From contig NIVC01000387.1 in assembly GCA_002269645.1 (NCBI GenBank), positions 310,001-374,000 of the forward strand: a stretch of DNA of 64,000 nucleotides, read 5' to 3'. The stretch is from Macrostomum lignano (lineage: Eukaryota). Of the stretch, positions 23,434 to 35,638 are shown in pieces. Position 1 is the stretch's first letter, and each line of letters starts with the position of its first letter. A program made the position numbers and the translations under genes. The notes beneath the pieces were generated by a model. It made no database searches, was not told the DNA's origin, and saw nothing but the letters and a program-made list of their open reading frames with translations.

Positions 23434-23799
23434 TGAAGGGGGCGGATTCTGGAGGGTAAAGCGCTTGGTCTTCCCTTTGACTTTTTCAGGTCCCGCCTGA
23501 TAATTTCAATAATTAGTCTTCAACACTAGAAAACAAGTAAGAATATTTTTTTAAAACAACATTTAGATTAGTTTTTATATTGAGTAACTATTATTAGTTT
23601 CTTACGGAAATGATGTTTAAAAAGCAAAAAATCAGCAGCCCTGAAATTAAGCTCTAGTCTAAAATATCAGCATCCCCTGTGTTTGGCATCGAATTCCTCT
23701 ACTTAGAGTAAACCATGGCCGGCTTAACTCTAACTCTTCCTTTGGCTTGGCCTATCAACAAAAACTTCTAACAGACCCTTGGTTGTATCTCAGCAGCAT

Positions 23800-24620
23800 T
23801 CAATCCTCCTTCATGAGCCACAGCATTTCAGCAATCCCCCATGAGCTTTGACGTAGCTCAGCAATCTCCCCGTAAGCCTCAGCAATTCCCCCATTAGTCT
23901 TTTTATGGTCTGAACCCTAACCCTAAAACTCTAACCCTGTTAAGAGTCACAGCAACAGCAATTCCGCATGAGTCTTTACAGAATTTCAGCTACAGTATTC
24001 TCCCGGCCATATAATAATAAATCATATAATATAAGATCTATGGTCTCGACATCTCAACAATTTCCCTCTCATGAGATCTAACATCCTATAAATTACCTCA
24101 ATGAGTATTTTATGGACAGGGCGATTCTTTTATTGCTGAACCCAGCTTTAACCCAGACGAAAGCCACATGCAGCATTTTAGCAATTCCCTACCACAGATC
24201 TTGACATTTCAACGATTCCCTCCATGAGCCTTGACATCCTAGCAATTCCTCAAACGAGTCTTATGGTTGAAATGACAATATCAACCATGCTACATTGTCA
24301 TGCTTTGGCAAGTAAATATACGAGCCGTAAGACGTGGACAAAATTATACAGTTTAGGCAATTACGTCTAGCTCATAGACTTGTATCAGTGATATACATGT
24401 AGATTCCTAAATTTAGAATTCTATTGCATTTTTAGTAGATTTGACTAGCAATTGCCCCCCCCTCCGGGAGGACACAAAACTGCACCCCCTAAGCTTGCCA
24501 TCTCAGCAATTCCCCCAGAAGCCTCGACATTTCAGCCATTTACCCAGTAAGCCTTCAGATCTCGTCAATTCACCCAGTAAGCCTTGCCATCTCAGCAATT
24601 CCCCCACGAGTCTTAAAGGC
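23800..24620. repeat. Dispersed degenerate copies of the AGCCTTGACATCTCAGCAATTCCCC motif
   Basis: Same motif as the clean array at 39483-39855. Confidence 0.7.
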
Positions 24621-25252
24621 TAACTTCTTTGACCAAAAACAATACTTTAAGCTATTCCAGAACTGATCAATTCCAGAAAAAGCACATTTAATTAGTATTG
24701 CCATTGGTAGCTCAAGCAAAAACGAAAAACAAACTTTTTTGTTCAAATAAACGTTTTAACTTATAAAAAATCTACGCTATTTCAACCCCATTTGCCTCGC
24801 GTAGGCACGGGAAATGTTTTTAAATACGAGTCGTAATCAAACTTGACACCTCTGCAAGTCTCAGCAGCTTTGGGGAATAGGGGAATTATTTATAGCATCA
24901 GCTCGAGAATTGAAGTTTAGTCTATGGCCATTTAAACATATTGAGCTCTCACTGAGAGAAAAATACACAAAATTATTGTGTCTTCTAATGTAAAAAATTG
25001 AAATTAGAAAATTAGTTGTGCAGTTTTTAAGGAGATGTGAATCTTCCACTCAAAGAAAGTCAGAAAGAAAGTCAGAAAGTGAAAGTGAATTGAAAAAAGA
25101 CCTTAGACAAATAAAAAATCCATTTTAAGCTGCCCAAAGTTTTTGCATGTGTGTTTCATCTAGCTGCTGCGCAAAAATAAGTAGCATATGGCAGACATGG
25201 CTAGCAATAAAAAGTACGAGCTATTTTTGCTCGTAATTGCCTGTCACAGTGC

Positions 25253-25253
25253 T

Positions 25254-25293
<40 letters not shown>

Positions 25294-25300
25294 CAGGAAA

Positions 25301-25350
<50 letters not shown>

Positions 25351-25363
25351 AGAGAGCAGGAAA

Positions 25364-25398
<35 letters not shown>

Positions 25399-25402
25399 GA
25401 GG

Positions 25403-25461
<59 letters not shown>

Positions 25462-25465
25462 CAGG

Positions 25466-25537
<72 letters not shown>

Positions 25538-25600
25538 AGGAAAGAGGGAGAGAGAGAGAGCAGGAAAGAGGGAGAGAGAGAGAGAGCAGGAAAGAGGGAG
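25253..25600. repeat. (GA)n compound microsatellite with GCAGGAAAGAGGG interruptions
   Basis: Seen directly, about 220 bp upstream of the SDR ATG; it explains ORFs at 25188-25740. Confidence 0.97.
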
Positions 25601-25821
25601 AAAATCGCCTGCTCTGCCATGGCCCAGAAACCGAGTGCGAACTCGCTACACCTGAATACGTCAAGCGTCACAGAGTCACCTGGCGCCCTTATCTAATCCT
25701 TCAATTTAGTAATGCCAGCCAACATGCAGTAGAAGAATGAAATTGCGGAGAACTTTCTGCTGCACGCAAATTTCTGTTCGGAGTCGGGCAAACTGGCCTT
25801 AACTAAATTGACTCAACTAAA

Positions 25822-28800
25822 ATGAATTTTATTATCCGAGGTGTTCTGGGCCTCGTGCTTTTCTTCGTTTTGTTTAATGTGGCCCGGAATCTGTTCTACG
25901 ACCTGTACGCCAGCAACTGGCACAGGGCCAGCCGAGAGAACACGGCTGGCAAGCGGGTGCTCATCACCGGCTCGAGTCGAGGCATCGGAGAGGCCCTGGC
26001 GCATGTCTACGCGGAGCTTGGCGCTCACGTGACTGTCCACGCGAGGCGGTTGGACTCGCTTGAGAAGGTGTGCGAAAGTTCACTGTTTAAATTGAATACA
26101 AAAAACCTGCATGCATCCAGAGAGCCAAGCTAGCCTACTCAAAAAATTTCTCTTGCTTGCAGATTCGAGCCGAGTGCCGCCGACTCGGCGCTGCCAGTGT
26201 GCACGCAGTCGCCGGCGACATGTCCTCGCCGGGCAGGGCCGCTCAGGTGGTGGCTGACGCGGCAGCTGCGATGGGTGGCGGCCTGGACATCGTGGTGGTG
26301 AACCACATCAGCCCGTCAGAGCTGACAACGTTGTCGCGGGCGATGCCCGACTCTGCTCAGAAGCAGCTGGCCGCCATGCAGACGAACTACTTCAGCTACG
26401 TGGAGGCCGCCCGGGCCGCCCTGCCGCACCTGGAGAAGTCGGCCGGCAGCCTCGTGCTGATCTCCTCGGCCGCCGCCCGCCTGCCCATCCCCTACTGCTA
26501 CGAGTACTGCGCCTCCAAGCGCGCTCTGGAGGGCTTCTTCTCGACGCTGCGCCAGGAGCTGGCGCTGAACGGGTCCGCCGTGCACGCCGGCCTGGCTGTC
26601 CTGGGCCTGATTGGCACAGATAGCGCCAGGCAGACTGTGCCGTGAGCAGAGTTCTTACGTTACTCGTAGAAATTAAGTTAGCGTTATGTTAGACAGCAAA
26701 TGCATGATTGCTATCGGGGACTGACTGAGTAAAGACGGGATGAGCACGAAAGCAAAATTTCACCGATGCCGAAAAATCCTTCAAAGCCCGTCACAAGACT
26801 GACAACTTTTGTCACGTCTTTGAAAGGCTTGTGAAGTAAACTCCCAATGACATTTTCCTGCGAAACAATATGCTTTGACGTAGCCCTTCAGTTTAGACAG
26901 GTGTAGGCAGGTGACTGTACGAGAAGGTGACTTAGTAGGCAGGTGACTAAGAAGGCAATGGGCAGGTTACTTAGAAGGCAGTAAGGCAGGTGACTTAGAA
27001 GGCAGTAAGGCAGGTGACTTAGAAGGCAGTAAGGCAGGTGACTTAGAAGGCAGTAAGGCAGGTGACTTAGAAGGCAGTAAGGCAGGTGACTTAGAAGGCA
27101 GTAAGGCAGGTGACTTAGAAGGCAGTAAGGCAGGTGACTTAGAAGGCAGTAAGGCAGGTGACTTAGAAGGCAGTAAGGCAGGTGACTTAGAAGGCAGTAA
27201 GGCAGGTGACTTAGAAGGCAGTAAGGGAGGTGACTTAGAAGGCAGTAAGGCAGGTGACTTAGAAGGCAGTAAGGCAGGTGACTAAGAAGGCAGTAAGGCA
27301 GGTGACTTAGAAGGCAGTAAGGCAGGTGACTTAGAAGGCAGTAAGGGAGGTGACTTAGAAGGCAGTAAGGCAGGTGACTTAGAAGGCAGTAAGGCAGGTG
27401 ACTAAGAAGGCAGTAAGGCAGGTGACTTAGAAGGCAGTAAGGCAGGTGACTTAGAAGGCAGTAAGGCAGGTGACTGTAGAAAGTGACTTAGGAGGCAATA
27501 GGCAGGTTACTTAGAAGGCAGTAAGGCAGGTGACTTAGAAGGCAGTAAGGCAGGTTACTTAGAAGGCAGTAAGGCAGGTGACTTAGAAGGCAGTAAGGCA
27601 GGTGACTTAGAAGGCAGTAAGGCAGGTGACTTAGAAGGCAGTAAGGCAGGTGACTAAGAAGGCAGTAAGGCAGGTGACTTAGAAGGCAGTAAGGCAGGTG
27701 ACTTAGAAGGCAGTAAGGCAGGTGACTAAGAAGGCAGTAAGGCAGGTGACTTAGAAGGCAATAGGCAGGTTACTTAGAAGGCAGTAAGGCAGGTGACTAA
27801 GAAGGCAATAGGCAGGTGACTTAGAAGGCAGTAAGGCAGGTGACTAAGAAGGCAGTAAGGCAGGTGACTTAGAAGGCAATAGGCAGGTTACTTAGAAGGC
27901 AGTAAGGCAGGTGACTAAGAAGGCAATAGGCAGGTGACTTAGAAGGCAGTAAGGCAGGTGACTAAGAAGGCAGTAAGGCAGGTGACTTAGAAGGCAATAG
28001 GCAGGTTACTTAGAAGGCAGTAAGGCAGGTGACTAAGAAGGCAATAGGCAGGTGACTTAGAAGGCAGTAAGGCAGGTGACTTAGAAGGCAGTAAGGCAGG
28101 TGACTAAGAAGGCAGTAGGCATGCAGGTTACTTAGAAGGCAGTAAGGCAGGTGACTAAGAAGGCAATAGGCAGGTGACTTAGAAGGCAGTAAGGCAGGTG
28201 ACTAAGAAGGCAATAGGCAGGTGACTTAGAAGGCAGTAAGGCAGGTGACTAAGAAGGCAATAGGCAGGTGACTTAGAAGGCAGTAAGGCAGGTGACTTAG
28301 AAGGCAGTAAGGCAGGTGACTAAGAAGGCAGTAGGCATGCAGGTTACTTAGAAGGCAGTAAGGCAGGTGACTAAGAAGGCAATAGGCAGGTGACTTAGAA
28401 GGCAGTAAGGCAGGTGACTAAGAAGGCAGTAAGGCAGGTGACTTAGAAGGCAATAGGCAGGTTACTTAGAAGGCAGTAAGGCAGGTGACTAAGAAGGCAA
28501 TAGGCAGGTGACTTAGAAGGCAGTAAGGCAGGTGACTTAGAAGGCAATAGGCAGGTTACTTAGAAGGCAGTAAGGCAGGTGACTAAGAAGGCAATAGGCA
28601 GGTGACTTAGAAGGCAGTAAGGCAGGTGACTTAGAAGGCAGTAAGGCAGGTGACTTAGAAGGCAGTAAGGCAGGTGACTAAGAAGGCAGTAGGCATGCAG
28701 GTTACTTAGAAGGCAGTAAGGCAGGTGACTAAGAAGGCAATAGGCAGGTGACTTAGAAGGCAGTAAGGCAGGTGACTAAGAAGGCAGTAAGGCAGGTGAC

Positions 28801-31417
28801 TTAGAAGGCAATAGGCAGGTTACTTAGAAGGCAGTAAGGCAGGTGACTAAGAAGGCAATAGGCAGGTGACTTAGAAGGCAGTAAGGCAGGTGACTTAGAA
28901 GGCAATAGGCAGGTTACTTAGAAGGCAGTAAGGCAGGTGACTAAGAAGGCAATAGGCAGGTGACTTAGAAGGCAGTAAGGCAGGTGACTTAGAAGGCAGT
29001 AAGGCAGGTGACTTAGAAGGCAGTAAGGCAGGTGACTTAGAAGGCAATAGGCATGCAGGTTACTTAGAAGGCAGTAAGGCAGGTGACTAAGAAGGCAATA
29101 GGCAGGTGACTTAGAAGGCAGTAAGGCAGGTGACTAAGAAGGCAGTAAGGCAGGTGACTTAGAAGGCAATAGGCAGGTTACTTAGAAGGCAGTAAGGCAG
29201 GTGACTAAGAAGGCAATAGGCAGGTGACTTAGAAGGCAGTAAGGCAGGTGACTTAGAAGGCAATAGGCAGGTTACTTAGAAGGCAGTAAGGCAGGTGACT
29301 AAGAAGGCAATAGGCAGGTGACTTAGAAGGCAGTAAGGCAGGTGACTTAGAAGGCAGTAAGGCAGGTGACTTAGAAGGCAGTAAGGCAGGTGACTTAGAA
29401 GGCAGTAAGGCAGGTGACTAAGAAGGCAGTAAGGCAGGTGACTTAGAAGGCAGTAAGGCAGGTGACTTAGAAGGCAGTAAGGCAGGTGACTAAGAAGGCA
29501 GTAAGGCAGGTGACTTAGAAGGCAATAGGCAGGTTACTTAGAAGGCAGTAAGGCAGGTGACTAAGAAGGCAATAGGCAGGTGACTTAGAAGGCAGTAAGG
29601 CAGGTGACTAAGAAGGCAGTAAGGCAGGTGACTTAGAAGGCAATAGGCAGGTTACTTAGAAGGCAGTAAGGCAGGTGACTAAGAAGGCAATAGGCAGGTG
29701 ACTTAGAAGGCAGTAAGGCAGGTGACTAAGAAGGCAGTAAGGCAGGTGACTTAGAAGGCAATAGGCAGGTTACTTAGAAGGCAGTAAGGCAGGTGACTAA
29801 GAAGGCAATAGGCAGGTGACTTAGAAGGCAGTAAGGCAGGTGACTTAGAAGGCAGTAAGGCAGGTGACTAAGAAGGCAGTAGGCATGCAGGTTACTTAGA
29901 AGGCAGTAAGGCAGGTGACTAAGAAGGCAATAGGCAGGTGACTTAGAAGGCAGTAAGGCAGGTGACTAAGAAGGCAATAGGCAGGTGACTAAGAAGGCAA
30001 TAGGCAGGTGACTTAGAAGGCAGTAAGGCAGGTGACTAAGAAGGCAATAGGCAGGTGACTTAGAAGGCAGTAAGGCAGGTGACTTAGAAGGCAGTAAGGC
30101 AGGTGACTAAGAAGGCAGTAGGCATGCAGGTTACTTAGAAGGCAGTAAGGCAGGTGACTAAGAAGGCAATAGGCAGGTGACTTAGAAGGCAGTAAGGCAG
30201 GTGACTAAGAAGGCAGTAAGGCAGGTGACTTAGAAGGCAATAGGCAGGTTACTTAGAAGGCAGTAAGGCAGGTGACTAAGAAGGCAATAGGCAGGTGACT
30301 TAGAAGGCAGTAAGGCAGGTGACTTAGAAGGCAATAGGCAGGTTACTTAGAAGGCAGTAAGGCAGGTGACTAAGAAGGCAATAGGCAGGTGACTAAGAAG
30401 GCAGTAAGGCAGGTGACTTAGAAGGCAGTAAGGCAGGTGACTTAGAAGGCAGTAAGGCAGGTGACTAAGAAGGCAGTAGGCATGCAGGTTACTTAGAAGG
30501 CAGTAAGGCAGGTGACTAAGAAGGCAATAGGCAGGTGACTTAGAAGGCAGTAAGGCAGGTGACTAAGAAGGCAGTAAGGCAGGTGACTTAGAAGGCAATA
30601 GGCAGGTTACTTAGAAGGCAGTAAGGCAGGTGACTAAGAAGGCAATAGGCAGGTGACTTAGAAGGCAGTAAGGCAGGTGACTTAGAAGGCAATAGGCAGG
30701 TTACTTAGAAGGCAGTAAGGCAGGTGACTAAGAAGGCAATAGGCAGGTGACTTAGAAGGCAGTAAGGCAGGTGACTTAGAAGGCAGTAAGGCAGGTGACT
30801 TAGAAGGCAGTAAGGCAGGTGACTAAGAAGGCAGTAGGCATGCAGGTTACTTAGAAGGCAGTAAGGCAGGTGACTAAGAAGGCAATAGGCAGGTGACTTA
30901 GAAGGCAGTAAGGCAGGTGACTAAGAAGGCAGTAAGGCAGGTGACTTAGAAGGCAATAGGCAGGTTACTTAGAAGGCAGTAAGGCAGGTGACTAAGAAGG
31001 CAATAGGCAGGTGACTTAGAAGGCAGTAAGGCAGGTGACTTAGAAGGCAATAGGCAGGTTACTTAGAAGGCAGTAAGGCAGGTGACTTAGAAGGCAATAG
31101 GCATGCAGGGGACTTAGAAGGCATAAGACGAGTGCGAGGTTCCTGGCTAAGAGAAGCTTCTACATGTATAAAAAGATGAAAACAGCGCTCCGGTTTCCCC
31201 CAATATTCCACATGACCTGGACTGCAGCAAGTACAGCAAGGGCTCCAGCTTAGACTTTGCGTCTCCGGTGGCCACGGCGCTGGACGTCACCGCCATCCCA
31301 GTTGGCCGGCTGCGCGAGCTGGCGAGTCCCTGGAAGATGCGAGTGCCTCTGCTGCTGGGCGGCTGGGCGCCGGAGCACATTGAGCGGCACCTGCAGGCTC
31401 TCACTAGGATCCTCTGA
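25822..31417 (+). CDS. Short-chain dehydrogenase/reductase, 11-beta-hydroxysteroid dehydrogenase 1-like, 3 exons
   Basis: Exons 25822-26067, 26163-26641 and 31228-31417, phase-compatible. N-terminal TM anchor, VLITGSSRGIG (TGxxxGxG), VVVNHI, catalytic YCASK, ALEGFFSTLRQEL. Confidence 0.9.
26925..31125. repeat. 23-24-bp minisatellite (GTGACTTAGAAGGCAGTAAGGCAG)n, about 175 copies, with variant units
   Basis: Fills about 4.2 kb of SDR intron 2. Confidence 0.97.
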
Positions 31418-31734
31418 GGCAGAGGTGCAATTTTCTAATGCCTTTGATGAAGCAGAGGAGACAGGAACACAAGAACATGCTGTTCAAGTTTGAATTAAAA
31501 TTTTACTGTCAGACTTAAGAACTGCTTGCCTCCATTAGCAGTAATGCCCCTTTCTCGATTGCCATAGCGAAAAGATCAAGGAAGCTATACAAGCTAAAAT
31601 TTTAACCCGTATCAAATTTCAAACGAGAACAAGATCGCAAAAACGTGAAGAAGTTGCCGGACTTACAAATTCATGGAAACAATAGCGGCAATAGCCGATT
31701 TGAGTCGATTTGAACTGAGCTTCATTCAGCTAAT

Positions 31735-32048
31735 TAATAATAATACTAACTGATTACACCTGCCCCAATTGGGCCAGATGTGCAACCGACAGCTCAGCCG
31801 CAGCCATTGCTGCGGGCTGCGAATCTGAAGGCTGCGAACGGCTGTTCAGTCCGAGGACTGGGGGGTCGCCACACACCCTCAATTACTCCAGCTAATGCTG
31901 GCACCCATTTTACAGCTGGGTGAACTGAAGCAATGCAGAGTTAAGTATCTTGCTCAAGGACACAAATTGTTCCAGTGGTATCGGGAATCGAACCTCCGAC
32001 CTTCAAATCATGAGTCCGACGTTCTAACCTCCAATCTACAACCCCTAC
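31735..32048 (-). mobile_element. CORE-type tRNA-derived SINE
   Basis: The minus strand reads a tRNA head with B box GGTTCGATTCC, a MIR-core-like GTGTCCTTGAGCAAGATACTTAACTC..CTGTAAAATGGG, and an (ATT)n tail. Confidence 0.88.
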
Positions 32049-32750
32049 AGTTAAGCAAAAGTTTATAAATAGTAAAATAAAAATATTTAAGCACTAAGGC
32101 TGAGATGATCTGAACTCTGATCAAGAATTTCTATTTGCAATTTTGGAGCCATCTTAGGTTTAAAAAAATCGCAAATTATCGCAAATTTTCGCATCGATGA
32201 TGGTAACTTTAGGCTAACTTCATTTATCAGCTAAAATGCAGCATTACGAGCTAATGCGCATTTTCATCCAGATTCAGTTCACTTTAGCTGAAAGGTCGCC
32301 TGAATGACGTCAGCTTCATCGAAAGCATTGCCGATCAGCAGCTTCGAAGCGGCTGCCTGTGGACGCTTAGCTCTTGTGCGACGAATCGAGGACCAAGATT
32401 TGAAGCAGCAATACTGCAGAGAGACTACGCAAGCTGCTGCAAAAGGTGGCTACCTAAGTTACAGCAGCTCAAGAACCCACCTTTGCAGTAAGACGGCCTG
32501 CATGGTAGCTGTGAGCTGCAAACTTGGCTTGATGCAGCAATTCATCCAGCTCATGGAGATTTGGGCTTGAGGCATGAGCACCTGAACTGACGGAGAGGCT
32601 GCATCAGACACTGACAGCTTTTCTGTTTAAGAGTCATTGTGCTACGAGGAAGCAAGATTGAAAGCCAAAGCTTGAGATTTGAACTTCGCGGACATCTTTG
32701 TTCATTTTATGTGCTGCAATGAAGCGGCCAAGAGTTGGATCAGAAATGGT

Positions 32751-33111
32751 GAGGGGGGCCGTAGCCCAGCGGTAGCGCAGCTGCTCTGGTGTGCCGCGAC
32801 CCAGGCTCGATTCCAAGTGCAGTCACATTAATTTGGGGCTGAATTGGAATTTCGGCTTGGCTCGCTTGTGCAAAACGGCCTTGAGAGCCAACCCCCCAAG
32901 GCGCAGTGAAGTGTACATGCCTAACAATTGATAAAGTTAGGGCCGCTGTACACTCCTGTGTGAGTGTGTGCCTGCGTAACGTATCCGCGCGCTTGTATGC
33001 CTGCTCAGGGGAGTCGGCGGAATGGGCAGTAATGCCTCTCGCCGGTTGTGTGCCTATGTCGCCTAAAGTGCGCCAGGGTGCACACAACCCCCCTGCCTCT
33101 AATAAATAAAA
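32751..33111 (+). mobile_element. Young tRNA-derived SINE of a second family, 15-bp TSD
   Basis: A box TAGCCCAGCGG, B box GGCTCGATTCC, A-rich tail AATAAATAAAA. TSD TGGATCAGAAATGGT at 32736-32750 and 33112-33126. Confidence 0.88.
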
Positions 33112-33316
33112 TGGATCAGAAATGGTACCACCAAGATTTCTGCCGCCGAAGTGCTTGAAGAGTAGTAAGACTGCGTGCTGCTATAGGAGGCCGCGTGAGC
33201 TGCACCAAACAGCGATGATCTCAATGGATCTCATATAGCGGCCGTGGCAAACCAGTCCAGCTCCGGACGTGACAGTTCGTTCGGTCCTCTGTGCACCTGG
33301 ACATTCTGTGCAGCAG

Positions 33317-33721
33317 CGCGCTGAGCCCTGGTCCTGTCATCCAGACACAGCTCAGATCGCAGCACCGAGCCCTGGTCCCGTCATCCAGACAGAGCTCAGA
33401 TCGCAGCACCGAGCCCTGGTCCCGTCATCCAGAAAGAGCTCAGATCGCAGCACCGAGCCCTGGTCCCGTCATCCAGACAGAGCTCAGATCGCAGCACCGA
33501 GCCCTGGTCCCGTCATCCAGAAAGAGCTCAGATCGCAGCACCGAGCCCTGGTCCCGTCATCCAGACACAGCTCAGATCGCAGCACCGAGCCCTGGTCCCG
33601 TCATCCAGGCAGAGCTCAGATCGCAGCACCGAGCCCTGGTCCCGTCATCCAGACACAACTCAGATCGCAGCACCGAGCCCTGGTCCCGTCATCCAGACAC
33701 AGCTCAGATCGCAGCACCGAG
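33317..33721. repeat. 44-bp minisatellite (AGCACCGAGCCCTGGTCCCGTCATCCAGACAGAGCTCAGATCGC)n, about 9 copies
   Basis: Tandem array. Confidence 0.95.
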
Positions 33722-34164
33722 TACACCGCGGCCAAAGCTATTGTAAAACCACTTGATACAGAAATTTTACATTTGCTCAATTCTGTTCATTTTAATTCAC
33801 ACACGCTCAAAACAGCGCATACGCAAGACAGGTTTGTTAATCCAGTTAGGAAAGTGCAGCCACTCGCTGAAAAAAGAATTTTTAATTCTTTATCATAGCC
33901 CACGACACCAAAAACACCATCTTTGCAGCTATGAAGTCCCGAGCATGCGAGTATTGCAGCACTGTGGGTGCTTTTCATTGAATTCGCAACCGCGTCCATC
34001 GGCGGCAGGGTTCGAGGCGGCTAACTGGATTTGGGTTGCTCGCGGCAGACTGGCCCATAAGAGTTGCAAGCTTTAATTATGCATGGCTCACAGAAAGGAG
34101 CCATTATGAGCAGGTTTCATCAACAGAACCGGGAATGATGTGGTCTTCATCTTCTTCATCTCTA

Positions 34165-34468
34165 ATAATAATAATAATAAAATTGATTACACCTACCCTA
34201 TTGGGCAGATGTGCAACCGGACAGCTCAGCCGCAGCTTATTGCGCGGCGCATCTGAAGGCTGCGAACGGCTGTTCAGTCCAAGGACTGGGGGGTCGCCAC
34301 ACCCTCAATTACCCCAGCTAATGCTGGCATCCTGAAGCTGGGTGAACTGAAGCAATGCAGAGTTAAGTGTCTTGCTCAAGGACACAAATTGTTACAGTGG
34401 GATCCCGAGTCGAACCCCCGACCTTCAAGTCGTGAGTCCGACGCTCCGACCACTCGGCCACAACGCCA
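34165..34468 (-). mobile_element. CORE-type tRNA-derived SINE, third copy
   Basis: Highly similar to 31735-32048; B box GGTTCGACTC and an (ATT)n tail. Confidence 0.88.
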
Positions 34469-34860
34469 ACCACAATCTGCGCTCGCGTCTAAGCACAGAT
34501 AGCAAAGAAAAAAATGCAAGCCAACAAGCCGAGACCAAAGTTGCTGAAGCATTTTATAAATTTATTTATTTCGCCTTTTGCTCTCTCGGTCGGACATCTT
34601 TCGCAAAAAGATTTTCAATTAGGCTACACAAAACTGCAAACTGTCGCCAGAAGATGCGAAGATTGTGGAACGCTGAGCTTCAACAGAGAGACAGACGGAG
34701 ACAGAGGGAGGAAAGGGTACATAGCGGACTTCAGTAGCTGTATTGGGGTTCACTCCCAGTGATTGAGACAGCCTGGCCTACGGGGGATGGCTTGTTTTTA
34801 GTGCAAAGTTGCCTCGCTATTCCTTTGTCAGAGTGCTTTCTCCTGCCAAAAGTAAATGGC

Positions 34861-35435
34861 TCAGAAGTGGCCATTCTCCACCGACAGTCGGCAGTCTTGG
34901 TACCGCGTCACCATGACGCGCAGCCGCGGCCCTTTGTGCGGATCGCCGAGGGCTCGGCTGAACAGGGCGTTGAATTCGTCTGCGGATTTGCGGTGGTTCG
35001 AGGAGGAAGTTCTTGGAGCGCGGGGTTCAGCTCTTATGTAAGCTGTGATCGAAGTTGCTGACGACCAAAACTGATTGTTCGTTACTTCGAAGGGCAATGA
35101 AAGGGGGACACATGCGATCGGTAAATCGAAAACGCAGCTTTTCTGACGTACACTATGCTAGGGGAATCTAAATACGCGGACACTGATGTACTAAGCATTT
35201 ATAAATACATACACATCGGTATCGGCATCGACGCATTTCTCTTACCGTCAGTCATAGTTCGGCGCATAATCTTCTCGGCCAGGTGCTTCATCTGGATAAA
35301 AGGATTTCGACCGCAGATTCGCTCAACCTCGGAGTCCTGCGCCAAGGCCCCCTGGAGGCTGCAGCAGCAGCAGCAGATGACTAGCAGAAGGGCCAGGCCG
35401 AGGGCCGACCTCGGCAGACTCTTCAGCTGAGGCAT
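34861..35435 (-). CDS. Small secreted protein of unknown family, 102 aa, 2 coding exons
   Basis: Exons 35435-35246 (donor G|GTAAG) and 34979-34861 (CCGCAG|), phase 1 compatible. Signal-peptide-like N-terminus (..LGLALLLVICCCCCSLQGALA-QD). A 5'UTR intron at 35440-35515 and an upstream TATA are visible. Confidence 0.7.
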
Positions 35436-35631
35436 TTCTCTAAGAGATAAAGAAGGAATGAGGATCAACAAGCAGAACAGAAACAAGAAAAAAGATTTTG
35501 CAATGTAGCACTCACCTGAGTTTTTACTTTGATTTCGGTAAATTAATGAAAACTGGGGCGAACGAGAAGGCAGAAGCGCGAGCTGGTCGGCAAAGTCAGC
35601 AGCTGGAAGGACTGGGCAGACTCGGGCAGCA

Positions 35632-35638
35632 TTTTATA
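35632..35638 (-). promoter_or_regulatory. TATA box (TATAAAA) of the secreted-protein gene
   Basis: TATAAAA on the minus strand about 25 nt upstream of an Inr-like CCAGTC and upstream of the 5'UTR exon ending at donor CAG|GTGAGT (35516). Confidence 0.55.

Noticed and set aside
23910-23940. Telomere or interstitial telomeric array (AACCCTAACCCTAAAACTCTAACCCT)
   Set aside because: Only 2-3 imperfect units; too short to support.
25188-25740. RE-rich and SL-rich ORFs
   Set aside because: (GA)n microsatellite artefacts.
31980-32048. tRNA gene
   Set aside because: The tRNA-like head continues into a SINE core and tail, with no clean acceptor stem.
32290-32500. Open frame KGRLNDVSFIESIADQQ.. as a coding exon
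   Set aside because: No recognisable motif, no start, and no partner exon or donor identified.
35199-35486. Insulin-like peptide (ICG in a B-chain-like position)
   Set aside because: No second B-chain Cys and no CC-x3-C-x8-C A chain in any downstream exon I could find.
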